Assembly: GCA_036785375.1 (NCBI GenBank)
Contig: JAWMAR010000070.1
Span: 4,092,001-4,156,000 of the forward strand
Direction of reading: 5' to 3'
Length of the DNA stretch: 64,000 bases
Source of the DNA: Leucoraja ocellata
Lineage: Eukaryota
The notes below the pieces were generated by a model, which saw nothing but the letters and a program-made list of their open reading frames with translations, was not told the DNA's origin and did not search any database. Made by a program: the position numbers and the translations under genes. Positions 47,623 to 58,856 of this stretch are shown piece after piece. The stretch's first letter is position 1; each line of letters opens with the position of its first letter.

Positions 47623-50600
47623 TATTATTATATTAATAATAATAATGCATTTTATTTGCTGGCGCCTCTCTGGACACCCAAGGACACCTTACAGGACATA
47701 AAATCACAACACAATTATCAATATTAAAATTAAGTTGCCAAAAAACAAAAAACAAAAAAATACACAAAATATTTTAAGTAATTAAAATCAGGGTGAACAT
47801 GGTGGAAGTTATGTCGGGTATGCTAATCTAAACAGGTGTGTTTTGAGTTGTGATTTGAATTGATCGATAGTGTCCAGGTGACGGAAGGGAGGTGGGAGAG
47901 TGTTCCAGAGACGTGGGGCAGAGCAGCCAAAGGCTCTGGCAACCATTGTGCTGAGTCTAAATGTGGGGACAGTTAAAATTGCAGCTGAGGAGGAACGAAG
48001 TGACCGGGAAGGAGTGTATGGTGGCAGCAGGTCAGAGAGGTATTGGGGAGCAAGGTGCGGTAGGGCTTTGAAGGTCAGCAGTAAAATCTTGTAGTTAATC
48101 CGGTGGTGCACAGGGAGCCAGTGGAGCTGAGTGAGGATGGGTGTGATGTGGTCCGATGATCTGGTGCGGGTGATGATCCGGGCTGCAGAGTTCTGAATGC
48201 ATTGGAGGCGATGAAGTCGTTTATATGACGAAGTAATCTTCAAAATGTATCTATTTCCATTAAACAGTTCATTGCTCTCCATCTGAAAGTTTCTCCCCTC
48301 AGTTTCAGGTGCAGTGTGGGCAAAGTGGGATGTAAGAGGAGTTGTGGGAACAGCGACCACAATCGATTGTTACTATGCAGCAGAGTACCGCTCACACACA
48401 AAATACTGGTGCCGTGGGATGAGTCTCCAATGTACAGTTTTGGTGGAAACAAATGAGCAACACGGACGGAGTGGAAGAGTGTCAATCACAGATAACCCGG
48501 CACGAGGAATATTTACTGTGACTGTGGACGATCTTCAGGATGGAGATACAGGATGGTACAGATGTGGAATTACAACATCTGCCGACCATCCAATATTTAA
48601 CGTTCATCTCGGAGTATCTGACGGTACGTTTCGCAGCGATTGATTGACGTCTCCAGCAGAAAGACAATACAGGATTACAATCGATTATCCTACAGTGCAT
48701 AGATACATGAAAAATAAATCACGTTTAGTGTAAGGTAAAGGCAGCAAAGTCCGATCAAGGGTGGTCCGAGGGTCGTCAAAGAGGTAGATGGGAGTTCAGG
48801 ACAGATCTCTGGGCGTGGTAGGATGATTCAGATGCCTGATAACTGCTGTGAAGAAATTGTCACCGCCAATGAAATAGCAAAGTGGGGTCTTTCTGTGGGG
48901 TGAGAGGCCGGGCACCGCCTGGGATTGTTGAAAGGCAGCTCCTGCAACACTGCCGCGCTCCCTCAGTACCGCACTGCGATCCCAGCCCAGTTTCTGCTCA
49001 GGGATCTGGAGTGGGAAGTGAACCCTAATTGTACTGACCCGGGGACAGAACACTGACACAATGGTACAATAACAGCACTGCCTGCACTTCAGGCAGGAGA
49101 CATTGGCCGTGAAGCAATATGACACATCATGGAACTATTTAAGTTTTCTTTCATGGAATCTTGAAAAGGTATCTATTTCCACTAAACTGTTCATTTGCTC
49201 TCCTTCTGAAAGTTTCTCCCCTTCAGTTTCAGGTGCAGTGTGGGGAGAACCGTATGTAAGAGCAGTTGTAGGAAGTGCGTTTACAATCGATTGTCACTAT
49301 GCAGCAGAGTACCGCTCACACACAAAATACTGGTGCCGTGTGCAGAATCGCCAATGTACAGATATGGTGGAAACAATTGGGCAACACGGAAGGAGAGGCA
49401 GAGTGTCAATCACAGATAACCGGGTACGAGGAATATTTACTGTGACTGTGGAGGATCTTCTCTCTGGCGATACAGGCTGGTACAGATGTGGAATTACAAC
49501 ATCTAACGGCCTCCCAATGTTTACCGTAGAACTCCATGTATCTGACGGTACGTTTCGCAGCGATTGACTTGTCGTCTCCACTGACTCGCCACTTCCCGCC
49601 ATTCTGAAAAGGACCCGTTCACTCCTACTCTTTGCTTCCTGTCTGCCAACCAATTTCCTATCCACGTCAACACCCTTCCATGCGCTCTCAATTTAGTCAC
49701 CAGTCTCCCGTGCGGAACCTTATCAAAGGATTTCTTGAAGTCTAGATACACTACATTTACTGGCGCACCTTCGTCCATTTTACTTGCCACATCCTCAAAA
49801 ATGTCCAGAAGATTATTCAGGCATGATTTTCCTTTCATAATTCCATGCTGACTTGGACTAATTATTTTACTGCTATTCAAATACCCCATTATTACCTCTT
49901 TAATAATTGACTCCGGCACCTTTCCCGCACCGAAGTCAGGCTAACTGGTCTGTAATTTCCCGTTTTCTCTCTTGCTCCTTTCTTGAAAAGTGGCATTTAA
50001 CTTCACTTTTCACTTCAAGTGGAATACTCAGCGCATTGCCCTTCCTCTGAACTGTATGAAATGTCACCCGTCAGAAATTTGCATTCAGACTCAAACTAAT
50101 AATCCCAGTGAGGAACAAGTGTTGTTTGATCTGTGGTCCATCTGAAAGTTTCTCCCCTCAGTTTCAGATGCAGTGTGGGCAGAGAGGGAAGTAAGAGGGG
50201 TTGTGGGAAGAGCGATCACAATCGATTGTCACTATGCAGCAGAGTACCGCTCACGCACAAAATACTGGTGCCGTGGGAGGAATCGCCCATGTACAGATTC
50301 AGTGGAAACAAATGGCCAAAACGGACGGAGTGGAAGAGTGTCAATCACAGATATACCGGCACTAAGAATATTTGCTGTGACTGTGGAGGATCTTCACTCT
50401 GGAGATACAGGATGGTACAGATGTGGAATTACTACACCTGGCGACCGTCCAATATTTAACGTACATCTCCAAGTATCTGACGGTACGTTTCGCAGCGATT
50501 GACTTGACGTCTCCACTGAAATGCCTTATCTATGTTCTCTCCGGGAAGGGTCAGGGCAGCACCGATATCCCGAGGCTCCGCAGCAGTGCAGAGACCTGCG

Positions 50601-53600
50601 GGGAACGGGCGGGGGTCGGGAAACCCCACTCATGTTGCTCTCACCCAGTGCGGGCTCTGTTCCACTGAGCGGCCACCCACTTCAAGTGGGATGCTCAACA
50701 CATTTCCCTGCCTCTGAACTGTATGAAATGTCACCCTGTCAGAGGTTTGCATTCCGACTCAAACTAATAACCCGACAGACTCCGCAACTCACTGGTCAAC
50801 TCGTCCTTTCCCACCCCGTCCCCAGATACCTTCCCCTACAACTGCAGGAGATGCAACACCAGTCCCTATATATCCCGCTTCTACTCCGTCCAAGGTTCCA
50901 ACAGTATTTCCGGGTGAGTCAGAGGTTCATTTGCATCTCTTCTAACCTCCTCTACTATATCCGTTGTTCCAGGTGTGAACAAGCGGATACAGTAGATGGG
51001 AGACCCAACGCAGGCTCGGCGATCGTTTCGCTGAACAATTCCGCACAGTGTTCCTCGGCCTACGCTACATCCCGATTGCAAAACACCTTTATTCCCCCTC
51101 CCATTCCCAAACTGATCTTTCTGTCCCGGACCTCCTCCCCTGCAGAGTGAGGCCAAAAGCAAATTGGAGGAACAGTACCTCATATTTCGCTTGGGCAGCT
51201 TACAACCCAGCGGTTTGAATATTGACTTCTCTAACTTCAAGTAACCCTTGCTTTACTCCTGTCTCCATCCCGCCCCATCCGAAGCCTCCAATTATTTTCA
51301 CTGCCCTCCAGATTATATTTTACTGATTCTATGCCTTCCCTTCAGCTGACAATGATCCATTCTACATTTTTTAAAACATTTTCACCTTTGATCACTTGTT
51401 TTCACACCGTACCCTTCCATTTCTCTTCTGTCTCCCTTTCTCATGGTTCTCAGGCTGAAGAAGGGTCACGATTCGAAACGTCACCTACGTCTTCTCTCGA
51501 AAGATGCTGCCTAATCCGCCGAGTTACTCCTGCATTTTGTGTCTATCTTAAAGGGACGTAACATCCCAACATATGTTCTGAGGGACAACATTTTCCACAC
51601 ATTGGGTGATATTTATATGGAACCTGCTGCCAGGGGGAAGGTGTTAAGGCAGTTAGAATAGCAGCATTTAAAATATTTTTTTGATATTTGCGTAGATTGG
51701 GATCATTGCGAGTGATAAGGGAGAAACGTGGACATATGGAAATGGTCCAGAAAGACATGTTGGTCGGCATGAATGAGCTGTTGTGATGGGCATCTTTCGG
51801 TTCTCTATAACTCTAACCTTCTTCAGTTTCTGAGCTTCGCACACTCACAGAGATGTAGATGAGCCGGTGAGATGTCAACCGGACGGTTCGGGCTGAGATA
51901 AAGGGCTGCTGAGATTTAGCACGTGTTTGGTTTTTAACTGTTCATCCAGGTGACTGAATGTTTGCTCCATTCCCACAGAACCCGTGTCTGCTCCTGTGCT
52001 CAGATATCTGTCACCAGCAAATGCCTCACATCTCGGAGGCTCAGTGTCAGTGTCGTGTGAGTCTGTCCGTGGATCCCTTCCCATCCATTACACATGGTTT
52101 GAAAAGAACGAGCATTGGGTTTCAACGATCGTCTCTGGCAATCAACTGGATCTGAGTTGTGAAATCCTCGAAGGTCAACACCGTCAATATTACTGCACAG
52201 CCTCAAATAATCGTGGGACAAAATCCAGTGAAATACTCAACGTGAAAGTCTTCAAAGGAGCAGGAACGTGCAGTTATGTGACAGAAATCAACAATGCAGG
52301 TGTGTGTTCTTCTCGTGTCCCTGAACCTGCTGCTATTCACCTTGTGATGATGTTCATGGATTTCTTGTTATTTGCAGACGGCATCATTGCAGCCACCGGG
52401 AGCTCATGGTGTAAAATGCGAGAGTTTGTTTGGGGGACTGGTAAATGATTGCCTGTTGCTTTCACCTGGGCGGTGGTGAGAAAGTTCAGCAAATGAGAGA
52501 AATACCTGCGGGTTGAGTGCATTCCATCAAAATTATTTTCTGGCTGCCGCACTTTGAGACAGAGAAAGAAACCAAATTCATTCTGTTTGGATCCATCATC
52601 AGTTATAACCAAGGATGTACAATTTCATGATCATGTTCATGATTTTAACTCTGTTAATTTGTGTTAAACTCCAGTAATCTCACAAAATTAAATTTGAATC
52701 TACTTGGCCGTCACTCCATCAAGTATAACCCTTACTTTTGTCAAAGATAATTTTGAAAAGAACTTCCCTGTAGGCGTGGAGACGCTCAGATTGGAAGTCC
52801 AGAAGAGGGTGTGAATGGTTTACATCAGCGAGACCAATTTTATACAAGGCCAGTTCTTCTTAAACTATTACAGTGTCATTCACTCTTGAGTATTTATTAC
52901 AAGATTTAATTCACCCTCCACTAAATGTTCTTATGTTCTTTTGGTTATTATCATCGTATTTTCCCTTGTGCATAATTTTATAGATAATTGATTTTGTCAC
53001 ATGAGAAAAAAACATAAATTAACTAATTTACCCCAAAATAATTTTATTCGCCCTTGGGTGAACCATTCATCAGTTTAAGAAGCACTGGCCTAGGCTACAA
53101 TTTCGTCGAACACTTGTGTTTGGTTTGTCATGATCTAGTGTCGCGCATGATAGACACCCCATCCTCAACCTCGCCCGCTGATACAGAGCAGCAGCAGTTT
53201 GCACCATCTGCACGATGCACTGCAGCAACTGACCAAGACTCCCTAGACAGCGCCTTCCAATTGCAACAGGCTCCATCTTCAATACATCATTCTTCACCAT
53301 TCACACCCACATTGGCTGGGAAGCGCTTTGGAACGACCTGTGCAGATGGTGAGGGACAGTGTACAGTATCTGTCTCTCATCGCAATCTAGGTGGAATTCA
53401 ACAGAGTTAAGAATTTGAGTGGGCAGACTCCCCTGTACATTATACTCTAATGTATATGTTTGTGAAAGGCTAATTTTGCTCTTCAATTTATGAAAGATTT
53501 TTCCTTCAGTTTCAGGTGCACTGTGGGCAGAGAGCGAAGTGCGAGGGGTTGTGGGAAGAGCGATCACAATCGATTGTCACTATGCAGCAGTGTACCGCTC

Positions 53601-55328
53601 ACACACAAAATACTGGTGTCGTGAGACAAGTCGCCAGTGTACACGTATAGTGGAAACAAATGGGAAACATGGACAGAACGGAACAGTGTCAATCACAGAT
53701 AACCCGGCACGAGGAATATTTACTGTGACTGTGGAGGATCTTCACTCTGGAGATACAGGATGGTACAGATGTGGAATTACTACACCTGGCGAACCAACAT
53801 TTAAAGTACATCTCCAAGTATCTGAAGGTAGGTTTCTCAGTGAGTGACTTGATGTCTCCACCTTGGCAACGGGCAAAATATTTGTTAGGTGGGAGTCTGG
53901 TGCACAGTTCTGGTCGCCGCTTTATAAAACAAAAGATGTGAAAGGTTTGTAGAGTTTACAGAAACGTGTTCACCCGGATATTTAGTAATAGTTTACAAAT
54001 GTAACATTGAAACTGATCCTTCGGCCCACCGAGTTCACACCGACTAGCGATCACCGGTCACACTAGTTCTATGTTATTCCACTTCCCCATTCACTCCCTG
54101 CACACAATTCTACAATACCGCCATTCACACACCTCATTAGTGCAACAGTATCACTATCAACTATTTTATGCAAGGAAATTAAAAAGTTGTTGATAGTGAT
54201 ACTGTTGCACTAATGAAGTGTTTGAATGTTGATATTGTAGAATTGTGGCAGAGGTTTAGATTAAAACATATTAACGGCAGATGCTGGAATTGTAAAACAA
54301 AGAGAGATGGTGCTGCTGTGTCCTGGCACAGTGGCAGACATGGTAGTTCTGGCAGCTGGGAAGATGGAGAGGCACAGAGATAATTAAATCTGGTAAATTG
54401 TGTGGAGAATGAGCAGGGAAGACTTACAATGATGCTGCGATGACTTGAGGGCCTGGCATACAGGGAGGGGTTGAGCAGATTGGGGCTTTATTTCTTGGAG
54501 CGCAGCAGGATGTGGGTTGATCTGAATGCAGGTAAAACATTATGCGAGGAATAGATCGAGTAAATACACAGAGTCTTTTACTCAGAGTAGGGGAATCCAG
54601 AACCGGAGGACATATGTTTAATATGAGGGGGGAATGATTTAACAAGAACCTAGGGAGTAATGTTTTTACATAAAGGTTGGTAGGTACATGACATGAACTG
54701 CCGACAGAAGTAGTTTCGGCAGGTACTATCGTAACATTTAAGAAAATATTCGACAGTTATATGAATATGATATGTTTAGAGGATTAAGGGCCAAGAAAGA
54801 GCAGGTGGAACTAGTGCAGATTGGGCGTGTTGGTCAGCGCGGGCAAGTTAGACCGAAGGGCCTGTTTCTATGCTGCATGACTCTATGACTCTATGTAGAT
54901 GGATGGGTTAGATTCCAACTTGGCGTCTGGCTAAGATACAGAGATGGCGGATATTGGCGATTTTCAGATGTTCACTCAGTGTCTGACTGTTTGCTCTTTT
55001 CCCACAGAACCCGTGTCTGCTCCTGTGCTTGGATTTCTGTCACCAGCCGATGTCTCCTGTTTCGGGGGCTCAGTGACCGTGTCCTGTGAGTCGGTCCGGG
55101 GATCCCTTCCCATTAACTACAGCTGGTATGAACAGACCCCATCTGGGGATTCAAAGATCTCAGACAACAATGCCCTGGATCTACATTGTCAATCCTTCAA
55201 ACACCAGCACCATCAATATTCTTGCACAGCCTCAAATAATAATGGATCCAAATCCAGTGAAATGGTCAACGTGTCCATCTCCAGCAGTGACGTGCCCTGT
55301 AGTTTCCTAGTGAAAATCAACGGCACTG
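45996..55328 (+). CDS. Gene C (3' partial): CD300/pIgR-like (MDIR-type) receptor, L-V-V-V-C2-V-C2, with stalk/TM exons missing at the gap
   Basis: Leader 45996-46032 (MWIPILLISSLP; the upstream ATG of A/B is GTG here). V1 48303-48623, V2 49227-49547, V3 50162-50482, C2a 51979-52299, mini-exon 52378-52440, V4 53510-53827, C2b 55008-55328. All are open with canonical splice sites. Confidence 0.85.
54123..54227. repeat. Intronic inverted repeat, 39 bp arms with a 27 nt loop (MITE-like); shorter-armed copies at ~15338-15436, ~33453-33551 and ~36990-37088
   Basis: attcacacacctcattagtgcaacagtatcactatcaac pairs with gttgatagtgatactgttgcactaatgaagtgtttgaat with 2 mismatches. Confidence 0.85.
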
Positions 55329-56178
55329 GTAAGTAGTGGAGGGAATGAGGAGAAGAAGGGGAAAGTGGGGGCGGGGTGTTTCATAAGATCACGTGATAGA
55401 AGCAGAAATAGACCATTCACTCATGGCTGATCTATCTCCCCCTCTTCACCCATTCTCCTGCCTTTGCCACATAACCCCCGACGCCCTGAAATCCATGCAC
55501 GTTATTTAAATGAAGGAATTATGGCCCATTTGTCAATACTTGTTTGCTGGGCTCCAGACATAGATTTCCCAGTGCTGGTGTAGACCGGCTTCTCGGCTAG
55601 AACTTCCTCTTATGTTTACACTGCTTTAAACTGGGTTTGCAGTGACATCAGCCCAAGCACTTTCACTTTCCCACCATCATCGCCACATGACCGACACTCA
55701 AATATGGGAAGGGAACAGAAACTAGCAGTAAATGTGGCCACAGTTAACTCGTGGACGACGGTATCAGATTTGGCCCACTGTGTTAATGTTGACCATTCAG
55801 TACCATCGATACAATCCCATTTACCAGCACCTCGTCCATTGTGACAATTCAGGCACCTCAATTTTCTGCGTTTAAAAATATGTCTTGAGACCCTTGAAGC
55901 ATCCTGCTCCTGAACCTAACCATATGTTCTCCACATTTACACATGTCTGCCGTGCAAATTTTTCTAAAAATACAATCTTTGCAGCTCACAGTTTTGCCAC
56001 CTGTAATAGGTTCCCCATTCCTCACCTATTCTGCATGGACTTTTATAAAGCCCCTTCCAACCCCTCCCCATAACTGTAATGTTTCATCGCAAGCAATATT
56101 CCTCTCAAGTGAAATTGCACTCTTTAGATTACATTATGGATACAGGTTTGAAACAGGCTCATCGGCCCACTGAGTGCA

Positions 56179-56378
56179 NNNNNNNNNNNNNNNNNNNNNN
56201 NNNNNNNNNNNNNNNNNNNNNNNNNNNNNNNNNNNNNNNNNNNNNNNNNNNNNNNNNNNNNNNNNNNNNNNNNNNNNNNNNNNNNNNNNNNNNNNNNNNN
56301 NNNNNNNNNNNNNNNNNNNNNNNNNNNNNNNNNNNNNNNNNNNNNNNNNNNNNNNNNNNNNNNNNNNNNNNNNNNNNN
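56179..56378. other. Assembly gap (200 N)
   Basis: Run of N; the round length suggests a scaffold join of unknown true size. Confidence 0.99.
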
Positions 56379-56735
56379 AGCCTTGGGGAATGCCTTGAGT
56401 GGCTGTAGCAGAGGTGAGGTTGTGGAGAGAGATGAAGTGGGATCTGTTGGAAAGGTAGGAACAGAGCCAGCTGAGTGCAGAACCTTCAATGCCAAGGTCC
56501 CCAAGTCTAGTAAGCAGGATGTTATGGTTCACTGTATCGAAGGCTGCACTCAGGTCGAGGAGGATGAGGATGTTGAGGGACCGGTGTCAGCAGAGGTGAG
56601 GAGGTCGTTGAGGACTTTGAGGAGAGCAGTTTCTGTGCTATGGAGGGGGCGAAAGCCAGATTGGAGGGGTTCAAGTAGGTTATACGCAAGGAGGTGGGAA
56701 TGAAGTTGTGACGCAACGATACGCTCCAGGGTTTC
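56379..56735 (-). mobile_element. L2-clade reverse transcriptase fragment
   Basis: LERIVASQL...QSGFRPLHSTETALLKVLNDLL, then after a frameshift NHNILLTRL...SWLCSYLSNRSH...QGIPQG. Confidence 0.9.
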
Positions 56736-58429
56736 CCCTGTCCTCTCTCCCCTCCTTCCCCCACCCAAGTCATGTGGAGGAAGGAACTTCAAATGCTGGT
56801 TTACACTGAAGAGAGACACAAAATGCCAGAGTAACTCAGCAGGTCAGGCAGCATCTCTGGAGAAAATGGATAGGTGATGTTTTGGGTTGAGGCTGAAGAG
56901 GTAGTCTCGACCGAAACGTCACCGGCTACTTTTCTCCAGAGATGCTGCCTGACCCACTGAGTTACTCCAGCATTTTGTGTCTATCTCCAGTGTTAAGCTA
57001 GCTCTACAATTGCAAACAACATACTTTTTTTATGCTGCTTGCCCTGGTCACGTACCATTTACACGATTCACACATCGAACTATTACAACATCTGTGGATT
57101 ACACTGTGAATGCACATTTCCGCCAACTTAGATAATGCATATTAATAATTCACGCTTAAGAGGTAAATTTGCAATGCTCCTTCCATGCTGAGATTTAACT
57201 GTTAATTGCACAGAAAATCAACCATCTTTATATGATAAAAATTTGCATGGATCATTCTTAACAATAAAGGAGGCCGTTCAGCCGACTGAGCGATTGCTCG
57301 TCCATGTTGCCACTGAGTCTATGCTCATCAATTCCATTCCCCTACTTATTACCCTGTAAACTATCGATCTCTCACTAAATTTTTCATTTAGTTTCATTTA
57401 TTGTCACATGTCACAGGTACAGTGAAAAGCTTTTGTTCAGTGCTAACCAGTCAGCGGAAAGACAATGCACGATTACAATCGAGTTGTCCACAGTGCACAG
57501 ATACATGACAAAGAGAATAAGGTTTGGTGCGAGATAAAGTCCGATTAAAGATAGTCCGATGGTCTTCAATGAGGTGCGTAGTAGTTCAGAACCACTCTCT
57601 AATTGTTGATAGGATGATTCAGTTCCCCGATAACAGCTGGGATGAAATTGTGGCTTTTAAGAAGCTTTTAGATAGGCATATGGAAGTGCAGGGAATGGAG
57701 GGATTATGTACAGGTAGATCTGTTTAACTTGGCATCATGTTCGGCACAAACATTGTGGGCCAAAGGGCCCATTCCTGCTCTGTGCTGTTCTATGTATATG
57801 TTCTAAAATGTGGAAAGTATACAGGATCTTAAAAAAATCAAAAGCCAATTCATAGAATCATAAAATGATAGGTACTATTGCAATGCTTAAGAATATTTGG
57901 ACAGGGCAGGTTTAGAGGGATGCAGGCTAAATGCAGGCAGGTGGAACTAGTGTAGATGGGACATGTTGGACAGGGCAGGTTTAAGTTCAGTTAGTGAGGA
58001 CCATGTCCCCACCTCTCTTTGAAGGAGGACATTTCTACTCAACTTCACTCTAATCCTTTTAGTTAATAACTTAATTTAAGCCCCAGCCAAATTGTTGTTG
58101 CTTTTAGCTAGTTTTAGCAAAAAACCCATTTTCCTACCTTCTCCCCATAACCCCTGATAATCTATTTATCTCTGGCTTAAAAATATCCATTGACGGCTTC
58201 CGTAGCCTTCTGTGACAAAGAATCCCACAGTGAATGTTTAAGAAGGAACTGCAGATGCTGGAAAATCTGTCCACCACAGATTTAATGATCATTTGATACT
58301 TGGGTCGAGTAACTCACTGAGAAAGATATTTTGCATATCTAAACGCAAATGCAGGTAATCCAAAATTAAAATAGGAAGCTTTGAAGGTACGAAGGAATCT
58401 TTAAAGCAGGCATTTGGGCAAATTCTGAA

Positions 58430-58745
58430 ACATGGAATAGAGCTCAGGGCTGGGATTTGAGGCGAGGGGGTGAAAGATTTAATGGGAACCAGAGGGGCAA
58501 CTTATTTTACACAAAGGGTGGTGGGTGAATGGAACGATTTGCTGAAGGAAATAGTTGGGGCAGGTATCACAACGTTTAACAAACATTTAGTCAGGTACAT
58601 GGATATGACAGGTTTAGAGGTGATATGGACCAAGAGTGGCTGCGGGCAGGTGGGACTAGTGTCGATGGGACATGTTGGTCAGTGTGGGCCAGTTGGGCCG
58701 AAGGGCGTGCTTTCACGCTGTGTGACTAGGACTCAATGATTCTAT
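58430..58745 (+). mobile_element. CR1/HER1-like LINE 3' end relic
   Basis: YFTQRVVGEWNDL...FNKHLVRYM plus the 3' UTR gggccgaagggc. Confidence 0.8.
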
Positions 58746-58856
58746 GGCAATAGGAAGCATTAAAGGTACAAAGGAATCATTAAAACAGGAATTTAGGCAA
58801 AGAATATAACTTGAAGTGAATAGTGAATTTATGTGATGCTTTGACTTTTCTTGTGG

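Larger units (their letters stand above)
1..56178 (+). repeat. Tandem segmental duplication: units 1-18642, 18643-40117 and 40118-56178 (last one cut by the gap)
   Basis: The sequence at position 1 (gaaactggagcacttgtagaaacccc) recurs at 18643 and 40118. Exons, introns and TE relics recur in the same order, and near-identical ORFs appear three times in the ORF track. Confidence 0.97.

Noticed and set aside
9530-53827. Tandem V exons as rearranging Ig/TCR V segments
   Set aside because: No heptamer/nonamer signals were seen beside them. Each exon includes its own G strand and ends in a splice donor, and the KYWC-x6-C motif is CD300/pIgR-type.
1-56178. Whole array as an artefactual haplotype duplication
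   Set aside because: Four gene copies with unit-specific insertions, deletions and many substitutions exceed what two alleles could give, although partial mis-assembly cannot be excluded.
58051-58361. TAATCC/TAAGCC CRX-like sites as a photoreceptor promoter remnant
   Set aside because: Six-base matches are expected by chance, and no exon 1 was found nearby.
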